Assembly: GCA_021204175.1 (NCBI GenBank)
Contig: JAJPZT010000075.1
Coordinates: 35,123 to 99,122, forward strand
Reading direction: 5' to 3'
DNA: 64,000 nt
DNA from: Clostridiales bacterium
GTDB lineage: Bacteria; Bacillota; Clostridia; Lachnospirales; CAG-274
The position numbers were made by a program, and so were the translations under genes. The notes below the pieces were generated by a model. That model saw only the letters and a program-made list of their open reading frames with translations, had not been told where the DNA came from and ran no database searches. Positions 47,072 through 55,633 of the stretch are shown here, piece by piece. Numbering within the stretch: the first letter of the stretch is position 1; each line of letters starts with the position of its first letter.

Positions 47072-47209
47072 TTAATAATTACTTATGTTTGAATACTTAA
47101 GTGTTGTGGGTGTTGCCTGAACATCACCGCTTGTCAAGTCTGTTGCAATAGCGTTATCACTCTTTAAGGAGGTAACGTTAATAACGGGTTTTGAATAAGT
47201 CTTTTTCAT
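47072..47209 (-). CDS. unannotated 45-aa small ORF (MKKTYSKPVINVTSLKSDNAIATDLTSGDVQATPTTLKYSNISNY)
   Basis: It falls below the ORF-track length cut-off. An AGGAGG SD lies 9 nt upstream of the ATG. It begins 20 nt after the stop of the Big_2 gene and ends 26 nt before the terminator hairpin. Confidence 0.45.
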   Translation of the reverse strand: MKKTYSKPVINVTSLKSDNAIATDLTSGDVQATPTTLKYSNISNY

Positions 47210-47228
47210 CTTCTTATACCTCCTTAAA

Positions 47229-49205
47229 TTATTCAGTTGTGGCAAGGTCTAAAACAACTGTCATAGCCTGTGCATACGCTCTGACTGTCTGTGTGATTTC
47301 ATTTTCACCGTCGTCTACGCATACTGCATATACATAGTCGCCTGCTGAACCGCCGAAGCTTTCTGCTGTATAATTTGTGCCGTTGATAGTAACTGCACTG
47401 TAAACTGTGTCAGATTCTGCACCTACACTGCTTCCTGCTGCACCGTCAAAGTCTACGGAAGCATAGCTTTCAAGATCGTCACCTGCTATAACTGCAACTA
47501 CATAGAAGGAGTTGTCTGAGCCGCTTTCGAATATGGCAGGTGTTGTATCAGCAGCGTTCTGAGTTACAGGTGAAGCTGCATCTTCAAATACGATAGACTT
47601 AACTCTTGCACCTCTTTGAGCAGCATTTTCAGCACTTGTTGTGCTGTCTGAGTTTGTTGCACCGTGGTCAGCTGTAGGTGAACCTATATAATATGTACCT
47701 GCAGGAAGACATAATACAGTTAAAGTCTTGTCGACTGTGCCTTGATCATTATTTGTTCCGGCATCTCTGCTTGAGTGAGCGGCAACCTCTTTGTTTTCAT
47801 CAAGAACAACTAAATCGGAATAATTCTTGCCGCCTGTTGAACAGAAAGTTACACTAAGCTTCAAATCTTTTGAAGTAGTGAACTTAAACATACCTGTTTC
47901 TCTTGCACCTGTTTGAATACCGGTGCTTGTAGAACCGTTTCTTCTTGTTAAGCCGTCGCCTTCTGCTGTAAGATATGTGCTGCCGAAAACAGTACCGTCA
48001 GTAATGATAGCTGCTCCGTTTTTATCTTCATCTGAAGTAGGTATAGTTAAATCTACACTTGCATAATCAGTCAAATCAAATGTCATTGCTCCTGAAATTA
48101 CGGAAGCTTCGCTTGCATTAGATACTGTAACTGTGTATTCAGCAGTAACTCCCGAGCCGTCCTGAGCTGTCGCTGTAATTGTAGCTTCGCCTACGCCTAC
48201 GCCTGTAACCAAACCGTTTTCATCAACTGCTGCAACATTAAAATTGCTTGTTGACCAGTCAACACTTGTGTAAGTAGCGTCTGAAGGTGTTACTTCAGCT
48301 GAAAGCTGAGTTGTTCCTCCGCAGGCTGTAAGTGTATTTGTGCCGCTGATTTCAATTGCAGTAACAGATGTAATTGCACTAACTGTGATAGCGGCTGTAG
48401 CTGTGATTGTTAAATCCTCTGTTGAGGTAGCTGTGATTGTAGCTGTACCTGCTGCAACACCTGTAACCAAACCTGTTGAACTAACTGTTGCTACGCTTTC
48501 ATCACTTGATGTCCAAGTAACACTGTTGCTTGCTCCTGTAGGAGTTGCAGCTGCTGTAAGCTGAGTTGTACCAAGAACGTTAATTGTAGCAGTTGAAGGA
48601 CTAACTGTTAAATCTGTAATGGCAACTGATTCTACCTTATTAACAACTATACAGAATGTAACAAGTCTGCTTCCGCTAGTTGTTAAAAGATATGTACCAT
48701 CATCTTCAACTGTAAAGGATACCTTTTTAGCAGAATAACCATCTGTAGAATAAGTACTTGAAGTTTGAGTTGATGTACTGTCTGAAGAATCTGTTAAAGT
48801 GAAAGTAACACTTTGAGTATTATGACTAACGTCTGTTGCTGAAACATAAAAATCAACTGTTTCACCGGCTGATAAATCAATAGAGATGTTTCTGTTGCCA
48901 CCACCGGGGAAAGTATACTTAGACCAAGAGGTGATTCCGTCAGGGAAATCTCCAGCTGTAATTGCATCGGTTGATGTTGTTATAGCAGTTGAGCCGCCTG
49001 CAGTACATTTGATGTTACGGTCATTCGTTGTATTTCCGAATGTCAAATCCTTATCTTTTGAGAAACTGCTGGCGGTAGTATCGCTGATATTATAAACATC
49101 TGTGTCGGCAGCGAAAACACTGCTTACATTCATTACGGTTAATGTTGAAACAACCAAAATGAATGCCAAAATAGAGCTCAAGGCTCTCTTGAACTTTTTG
49201 TTCAT
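47229..49205 (-). CDS. secreted protein with two Big_2 (bacterial Ig-like) domains flanked by beta-sandwich, CBM-like modules
   Basis: Has a signal peptide ending VSSVFA. Two Big_2 repeats are present (...TTQLTAAATP...VTWTSSDESVATVSSTGLVTGVAAGTATITA and ...TTQLSAEVTP...VDWSTSNFNVAAVDENGLVTGVGVGEATITA). There is no sorting signal. Confidence 0.8.
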   Translation of the reverse strand: MNKKFKRALSSILAFILVVSTLTVMNVSSVFAADTDVYNISDTTASSFSKDKDLTFGNTTNDRNIKCTAGGSTAITTSTDAITAGDFPDGITSWSKYTFPGGGNRNISIDLSAGETVDFYVSATDVSHNTQSVTFTLTDSSDSTSTQTSSTYSTDGYSAKKVSFTVEDDGTYLLTTSGSRLVTFCIVVNKVESVAITDLTVSPSTATINVLGTTQLTAAATPTGASNSVTWTSSDESVATVSSTGLVTGVAAGTATITATSTEDLTITATAAITVSAITSVTAIEISGTNTLTACGGTTQLSAEVTPSDATYTSVDWSTSNFNVAAVDENGLVTGVGVGEATITATAQDGSGVTAEYTVTVSNASEASVISGAMTFDLTDYASVDLTIPTSDEDKNGAAIITDGTVFGSTYLTAEGDGLTRRNGSTSTGIQTGARETGMFKFTTSKDLKLSVTFCSTGGKNYSDLVVLDENKEVAAHSSRDAGTNNDQGTVDKTLTVLCLPAGTYYIGSPTADHGATNSDSTTSAENAAQRGARVKSIVFEDAASPVTQNAADTTPAIFESGSDNSFYVVAVIAGDDLESYASVDFDGAAGSSVGAESDTVYSAVTINGTNYTAESFGGSAGDYVYAVCVDDGENEITQTVRAYAQAMTVVLDLATTE

Positions 49206-49456
49206 TTTAAATTTTCCTCCTTTTTTGGTTTGCCGAGGGCGAAAGCCGCCCCGGCAGAATTGGTTTTTGGTTTGGTTAGCCCCGATGACAGGTTACATTA
49301 AAGCGATAGGAGTTTTCAGAGCTTTTCGGGGCTTTTAAGCTTTAAACTCTCCCAAAGGCTTTGTTTGTTGATTTTTAGGCAGGGCTTTTCCTCTTAAGCC
49401 CTGTCAAAAGACCTTTTGCTTGTTCCACAGGCATAAATGTCTGTAAAATTAACTAT

Positions 49457-49485
49457 ATTATATCTCAAATTATATAAAATGTCAA
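49457..49485 (-). promoter_or_regulatory. sigma-A-type promoter of the Big_2 gene
   Basis: On the minus strand: TTGACA (49485-49480), a 17-nt spacer, then TATAAT (49462-49457). This implies a 5' leader of roughly 245 nt. Confidence 0.5.
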
Positions 49486-49564
49486 TAATGGCAGCAGATT
49501 TTTTTGTGCTGAATTTTGCAAAAAACATTTTCGCTTTTGATAGAAATTAAAATTGTTTTAGTCG

Positions 49565-49593
49565 TTGACATATTTTGACGGCTGTGTTAAACT
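49565..49593 (+). promoter_or_regulatory. extended -10 promoter of the small hydrophobic-peptide gene
   Basis: TTGACA (49565-49570), a 17-nt spacer ending in TGT, then TAAACT (49588-49593). Confidence 0.5.
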
Positions 49594-49745
49594 TACTTCA
49601 AGAACAATAAAAATGTTCCAATAAGACTGTTTTGTCTTGTCGCAAAAGGGAATGACTGGCAGTTGACGGTTCTCCTCACATGTTCCACGGTGTTATCTGA
49701 TGTGTCTTTCAGCGGCACAATACACTGCGGAAGGAGGTGGATGTT

Positions 49746-49844
49746 ATGATAGAAATAATCTATGATATTGATGTGTTAATCATATTACTCATCATTGTTA
49801 TAAGAGTTATTATACATATTATAACGAAAAAAGATAACCGTTAA
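49746..49844 (+). CDS. 32-aa hydrophobic peptide, candidate type I toxin (MIEIIYDIDVLIILLIIVIRVIIHIITKKDNR)
   Basis: A GGAGG SD (49733-49737) lies 8 nt upstream of the ATG. The peptide has one predicted TM helix and a charged C-terminal tail. It falls below the ORF-track length cut-off. Confidence 0.45.
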   Translation: MIEIIYDIDVLIILLIIVIRVIIHIITKKDNR

Positions 49845-49916
49845 GATTTCCACACCCAACGGTTATCTTATGATGACTAATGGTGAGGAGTAGCTGCTAA
49901 AGTTACTCCCTTTTGT
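49824..49916 (-). ncRNA. candidate antisense sRNA convergent with the toxin-like gene (antitoxin candidate)
   Basis: A minus-strand promoter reads TTGACA (49951-49946), 17 nt, TATTAT (49928-49923). The terminator hairpin AAGATAACCGTT/AACGGTTATCTT (49831-49869) has its T-run on the minus-strand side. The predicted RNA of about 90 nt overlaps the last codons and 3' UTR of the peptide gene. Confidence 0.4.
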
Positions 49917-49921
49917 GTTTT
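49887..49921 (+). terminator. terminator-like hairpin ending the peptide mRNA
   Basis: GGAGTA-11 nt-TACTCC followed by CTTTTGTGTTTT. Confidence 0.5.
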
Positions 49922-49995
49922 AATAATAACACACTTTACTCTGACTGTCAATAAAATAATTCATAAAATCATATTAATCAAAAGGGAAATTTTTG

Positions 49996-50024
49996 TTGCA
50001 ATTGACTTATGAATGATATATAAT
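49996..50024 (+). promoter_or_regulatory. sigma-A-type promoter of the c-di-GMP/phosphorelay operon
   Basis: TTGCAA (49996-50001), a 17-nt spacer, then TATAAT (50019-50024). Confidence 0.5.
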
Positions 50025-50117
50025 GAGATATAAGAGAAAAAATACATAAAAACATATAAAGCCGAGAAGGCATTATACTACGATATTATAGAAGAAAACA
50101 CAAGGAGAGGACGCAGT

Positions 50118-52550
50118 ATGACAGATACTTACGGCAGAACGGCAGTCGGCGAAAGATCAAAGCCCACAATTCTTATTGCGGACGATTCTGAAATGAACAG
50201 AGCCATTCTTATGGATATGCTGGAGGAAGAATATAATATTTTGGAAGCCGAAAACGGAGCTGAGGCACTTGTTATAATGAGAGAAAAGGTCGGCGGAATT
50301 GACCTTTTGCTTTTGGACATTGTTATGCCCAAAATGGACGGCTTCGAGGTTTTGACATATATGAACTCTCACCGGTGGATTGATGATGTGCCTGTTATGA
50401 TAATCAGCTCGGAAAGCTCAACAGGCTTTTTTCAGCGTGCCTATGAGTTAGGCGTTGTGGACTATATAAACAGACCCTTTGACGCTTACATTGTTCACAG
50501 ACGCGTAGCCAATATTATAATGCTTTATTCAAAGCAGAAGGATCTTGTAAATTTGGTAGCCGACCAGATGTATGAGAGAGAAAAAAGCAACTCTATGATG
50601 GTGAATATTTTGAGTCATATTGTGGAGTTTAGAAACGGCGAAAGCGGCACCCACGTTATAAATATAAGAGAAATAACAAACACCATACTTGAATATTTAT
50701 GTGAAAACACAGACAAATACAGCCTAATGGCTAAAGACATAAAGCTCATCAGCATGGCTTCGGCTCTTCACGATATAGGGAAAATCTGCGTGCCCAGCAG
50801 TATTCTCAATAAGCCCGGAAAGCTGACTGATGAAGAATATGAGATTATGAAAACCCACACCACCTTAGGGGCGGCTATGCTTATGGAGCTTAAAACATAT
50901 CAGGACGAGCCTCTGGTTAAATATGCCTATGACATCTGCCGCTGGCACCATGAACGCTATGACGGCAGGGGCTACCCAGACGGGCTTGCAGGAGATGCAA
51001 TACCCATTTGGGCTCAGGTTGTGGCACTTGCTGACGTATATGACGCTTTAACAAGCGAAAGAGTTTATAAAAAAGCCTTTCCCCATTCAAAGGCTATAAA
51101 AATGATTGTTGACGGAGAATGCGGAACATTTAACCCTGAGCTTTTGCGGTGCCTTATGGGTGTTTCAAACAAGCTTAAGCAAAGCCTTGCAGAGGCGGAG
51201 AGGTTCCAGGCGGATGACGAAAACCTGAAAAATGTTCAGGGGGTTATTAATGAGCTTCTGCTTTCCGACAGCAAGAAAGCAGGGGTTAATACATTTAAGG
51301 CTTTGGCTGCGGAAAAAGAGAAAACCGACTTTTTCGCTTCTGTTGTCAGCGAAATTCAATTTGACTATGACGCATGGACAGACACTGTTTCAATTTCGGA
51401 ATGGGGCGCAAGAGCTTTGGGCATAGACAGATTTATTTCAAACGTTCATTTTAAACACTCGACTTCTATGGATGAGGACGCATATGAAAAGCTGACAGAG
51501 AAGTTCAGAAAAACAACTCCCGAAAACCCCGATGTGGACGCTGTTGTGCTTTTAGAGGTAAACGGCGAAATGCGGTGGCACAGGCTTATAGGAAAAAGCC
51601 TGTGGACCGACGACGAGGATGTTCCCATGTATAAAGGGGCAATAGGCAAGTTTATAGACATTCACGAACAGAGCCTTTGGAACGCCGAAAACCACAGCGA
51701 GGTGGGCGAAACACAGCAGAAAATTATGGAGCTTATGGAACACTGCGGAAGCGTTTTTGACAGTGTAAGACTTATAAGCGGAGCCGACTGCAGAAAGGAC
51801 GACAGAGACGAAAGCCGTCAGGCTGAGTCAATAGAAAAATCTGCCGATTATGCTATGGCGAAAATTGCCTATGACAAAAAAGGTCAGGTTTCGAAAATCA
51901 GATTTGAAGGCTCTAAAATTTATTATATAATAGAGAAGTATATCGAAACAGATAAAGGCGGCTGTGTTTTGGAGCTTGTCAGCAGTGTAGACGAGGAGTT
52001 CGCTATGGAGTTTTCAGGCGGCGGAGAAGAGCAGATTGCGGACAAGATTATAAATTATAACAAAACAGCCCAGACCGACCCCTTGACAGGAGCCTATAAC
52101 AGGCGTTATTATGAAGAAAACGCCAAAGCATTAAGGAACATTGAAGGGGTGGTTATGCTTGATTTGGATAAGTTTAAGGACATAAACGATACATACGGTC
52201 ACAACGCAGGAGACGCAGCCCTTGTGTGTTTTGCGGAAACCATATTCAACAGTATAAGAGGCTCCGACATTCTTATAAGGCTGGGCGGAGACGAGTTTTT
52301 AATTCTCTTCCCGAGAATTAAGCGGGGAGCCTTTGAGGATAAGCTCGATATGATTTCAAACGCAGTTAAAAATACTTCGGTGGATGGTTATCCCGAGGTG
52401 AAGCTTTCCGCCAGTATAGGCGGCGTTTATAAAATGCACCCTGTTTCTAAGGCTATTAAAACAGCCGACAAGCTTATGTATGACGTTAAAAGCGGCGGCA
52501 GGGGCAGAGTTTTGTGTCATTTTGAAAAAACAACAGAAGATGGAGAGTGA
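50118..52550 (+). CDS. response regulator with HD-GYP phosphodiesterase and GGDEF diguanylate cyclase domains (REC-HD-GYP-X-GGDEF)
   Basis: REC domain (ILIADDSE...LLLLDIVMPKMDG). HD-GYP domain (ALHDIGK...HHERYDGRGYP). An unassigned region of about 270 aa. GGDEF domain with an intact GGDEF motif and I-site RGSD five residues upstream. Confidence 0.85.
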   Translation: MTDTYGRTAVGERSKPTILIADDSEMNRAILMDMLEEEYNILEAENGAEALVIMREKVGGIDLLLLDIVMPKMDGFEVLTYMNSHRWIDDVPVMIISSESSTGFFQRAYELGVVDYINRPFDAYIVHRRVANIIMLYSKQKDLVNLVADQMYEREKSNSMMVNILSHIVEFRNGESGTHVINIREITNTILEYLCENTDKYSLMAKDIKLISMASALHDIGKICVPSSILNKPGKLTDEEYEIMKTHTTLGAAMLMELKTYQDEPLVKYAYDICRWHHERYDGRGYPDGLAGDAIPIWAQVVALADVYDALTSERVYKKAFPHSKAIKMIVDGECGTFNPELLRCLMGVSNKLKQSLAEAERFQADDENLKNVQGVINELLLSDSKKAGVNTFKALAAEKEKTDFFASVVSEIQFDYDAWTDTVSISEWGARALGIDRFISNVHFKHSTSMDEDAYEKLTEKFRKTTPENPDVDAVVLLEVNGEMRWHRLIGKSLWTDDEDVPMYKGAIGKFIDIHEQSLWNAENHSEVGETQQKIMELMEHCGSVFDSVRLISGADCRKDDRDESRQAESIEKSADYAMAKIAYDKKGQVSKIRFEGSKIYYIIEKYIETDKGGCVLELVSSVDEEFAMEFSGGGEEQIADKIINYNKTAQTDPLTGAYNRRYYEENAKALRNIEGVVMLDLDKFKDINDTYGHNAGDAALVCFAETIFNSIRGSDILIRLGGDEFLILFPRIKRGAFEDKLDMISNAVKNTSVDGYPEVKLSASIGGVYKMHPVSKAIKTADKLMYDVKSGGRGRVLCHFEKTTEDGE

Positions 52551-52556
52551 TAAATT

Positions 52557-52919
52557 ATGACAATTAAAGAGTGTTATGACAAGTTGGGTTCTGATTTTGA
52601 AAGCGTTAAGGCAAGAATGATGAGTGAAAGGCTTATTCAAAAGTTTTCACTTAAGTTTTTGGATGATAAAAGCTATCCTAATTTGCTTTCGGCTTATGAC
52701 GAGGGCAGAGACGATGATGCTTTCAGGTTTGCCCACACATTGAAGGGCGTTGCTCAAAATTTGGGTTTTGACAGGCTTTATGCTTCTTCCGATAAGCTGA
52801 CAGAGGCTTTGAGAAACGGAAAAAGCGAAGGAGCCGACGGACTTTTGGAAGAGGTAAAGAGCGACTACGCTTTTACTGTCGGTATTATTAAAGAATTTAA
52901 GGAGCAGAACGGGTTATAA
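52557..52919 (+). CDS. Hpt-domain histidine phosphotransfer protein
   Basis: 120 aa with the AHTLKGVAQNLG motif (HxxKG). Confidence 0.75.
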   Translation: MTIKECYDKLGSDFESVKARMMSERLIQKFSLKFLDDKSYPNLLSAYDEGRDDDAFRFAHTLKGVAQNLGFDRLYASSDKLTEALRNGKSEGADGLLEEVKSDYAFTVGIIKEFKEQNGL

Positions 52920-52969
52920 GTCTCGCAAAGATGCACACTTAATTCTTATGTTTTTTGAGGGCTTGCTTT

Positions 52970-55609
52970 ATGATTAATGAAATTAAAAAACACGAAAAAG
53001 AAAGGGCGAAAAAAACAAGCTGGCGGCGAGAACCATAATTTTTGTTGTGGCAATTTCCCTTGTGTTCATAGTGTGTGCTATTACGCTCTATGTTTCCATT
53101 TCCGACAGAATTATTAACAACGCTATTCAGAGTATGGAAGAGCTTGCGGTTCATGATGAGCAGTCTATAACAATGAATTTGGAAAACCGCTGGAACAATA
53201 TTGTAAGTGCTGAAACAATTCTCAGAGAAAGAAATGTTAAAAGTCTTGACACTCTTCAGACAGAGCTTAAGGCTTATGCGGATTCTCTTGAATGTTTAAG
53301 CATAAGCCTTATGACCGGGGACGGAGAAGCTCACAACAGCGACGGAACCGTCACCAACGAGAAGCAGCTTTTAAAGAGCCTTTCAGACTTTGACGAAAAA
53401 TATATTGTCAGGTGGAACGAGGACGAAAACCGTGAAGCAGGCAGTACCGAAAGCCCCTCGGACGTAATGATTTTAGGGCTTAAAATTACGCCTATAATGG
53501 TAGAGGGGAAAAGCTTTCAATATTTATACCTCCGTTCTTCCGTTGAAGCTATGCAGTATGAGCTTGCTATAGACTGTTATGACGGTCAGGGCTTAAGCTC
53601 CATTATAGACTATAACGGAAACTTTGTCATTAAGCGAAACAATGACGAGGGCGTTAAGTATAAGGATAACTTTTTTGTTGAGTTTTTAGGCGGAGTTATA
53701 ACAAGCGGTCCTGCTTTAAACGAAATTCAGAAGAAAATAAGAGATGTAAACGACACCGAAGAGTTTTCAATAACCTTTACAAATATGTACGGCGAAAAAA
53801 AGATTATAACCTTTGCCAATATGGAGGTTTTGAAGGCATATTTTGTTATTGCCGTTGACAGAAGCGTTTTTGAAAAGCAAAGCGTTCACCTTATGCAGAT
53901 TACAGCGGCTCTTATTATAGTTATGCTTATAGGCATAGTCAGCATAACCCTGCTTTTGTTAAGATCTCACAGCCAAAACAAGCTTATTGATGAAGAGTTT
54001 GAATATTCCAAAAAAAATGGCTGACCTTTATATTAAGGCGGATCAGGCAAACAAGTCGAAAAGTACTTTCCTGAACAGCATGAGCCACGATATAAGAACC
54101 CCTATGAATGCTATTTTGGGCTTCACAAACCTGGCTAAAATGCACATAGACAACAAAGCTCAGGTTCAGGACTATTTGGAAAAAATAACACAGGCGTCAA
54201 ACCACCTTTTGGCGCTTATTAATGATGTTTTGGATATGAGCCGAATTGAATCCGGCAAGATTACCCTTGAAGAAAAGCCGGAAAACCTTGCTGAAATTCT
54301 TCACGGGCTTATAGATATTATTCAGTCGGATATTAAAGCTAAACAGCTTCAGCTTTTTGTAAACACCGTAAACGTAAAAAACGAAAATGTTTACTGCGAC
54401 AAGCTCAGACTTAACCAGGTTCTTTTAAACCTTCTTTCAAATGCGGTTAAGTTTACTCCTGCCGGAGGAATAATTTACGTTAAGGTAGTCCAAAAGGAGC
54501 CGGAAAAAGAGGGTTACGGAAAATACGAATTTCACGTTAAAGACACAGGCATTGGTATGAGCGAAAACTTTATGCGCCATATTTTCGAACCCTTTACCCG
54601 TGAGAGAACCTCTACCGTCAGCGGTATTCAGGGCACCGGTTTGGGTATGAGCATAACCAAAAATATCGTTGATATGAGCAAGGGTGATATTTGGGTAGAC
54701 AGCAAGCAGGGCGAAGGCTCAATTTTTATAGTTACATTGGATTATAAGTTTGTTAAGCCCGAAAAGGACGAAAGCGCCGCTTTGGAAGAGCTTAAAACAG
54801 CCCTTTCCGGCCGCAAAGCTTTGATTATAGACGACGATATAAATAACTGCAAGAGTATAAGCGATATGCTTAAGAGCTTTTCTATGGAAGAAAAAAGCCT
54901 TCATTTAGGCAAAGAAGCTCTTTATGAAGCCAAAAAAGCCTTTGATGACGGCGAGCCTTACGACCTTTTTCTTGTGGATTATATGCTGCCGGATTTTGAC
55001 GGCATAGAGCTTACGGCGAAGCTGAGACAGCTTGTGGGAGACAAAGTCCCCATTGTGATTGTTACGGTTTATGACTGGGCTGATGTTTTGGATAAGGGCA
55101 AGGAAGCAGGTGTAACAAAATTCATCAGCAAGCCTTTGTTTATTTCCGATGTCAAGAGGTTTTTGGGCGAGCTGTTCCTTAACAATGAAGAAGAGGATGA
55201 CAAGCCAGACAGCCTTGAGGACGACAAGTTTAAGAATAAGAGAATACTTCTGACCGAGGATAACGAGCTTAACGCCGAAATAGCTATGACCCTTTTGGAG
55301 GAAGCGGGCTTCAGCGTTGAACATGCCGAAAACGGTCAGATATGTGTGGATATGATGAAGGAAAAACCGGCAGGCTATTATGACCTTGTTTTGATGGATG
55401 TTCAAATGCCCGTTATGAACGGATATGAGGCTTCAAAGGCTATAAGGGCATTGGATGACAAGGCAAAATCCCAAATTACAATAGTGGCTATGACTGCAAA
55501 CTCTTTTAAGGAGGACGTAGAAGCCGCCTATAAAGCCGGTATGAACGCCCATTTGGGCAAGCCCATTGACATACCCAAGCTTTTTGAGCTTTTGAAAGAA
55601 ATTTTATAA
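52970..55609 (+). pseudogene. hybrid sensor histidine kinase (TM-sensor-TM-HisKA-HATPase-REC-REC) interrupted by two A-homopolymer frameshifts
   Basis: The ATG at 52970 (MINEIKKHEKERAKK) is separated from the sensor ORF (53047..54024) by the A7 run at 53009-53015. The sensor ORF is separated from the kinase ORF (53987..55609; H-box SHDIRTPMNAILGF) by the A8 run at 54010-54017. Its paralogue at 55634..58564 is uninterrupted. Confidence 0.65.
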
Positions 55610-55633
55610 ACTTTCTTCGAGGAGACGATTTTT

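Noticed and set aside
53009-53015. Whether programmed -1 ribosomal frameshifting at the A-runs explains the split kinase.
   Set aside because: The runs are not in the X_XXY_YYZ register relative to the upstream frame. I saw no downstream stimulatory hairpin or pseudoknot. Sequencing error or a pseudogene is more economical.
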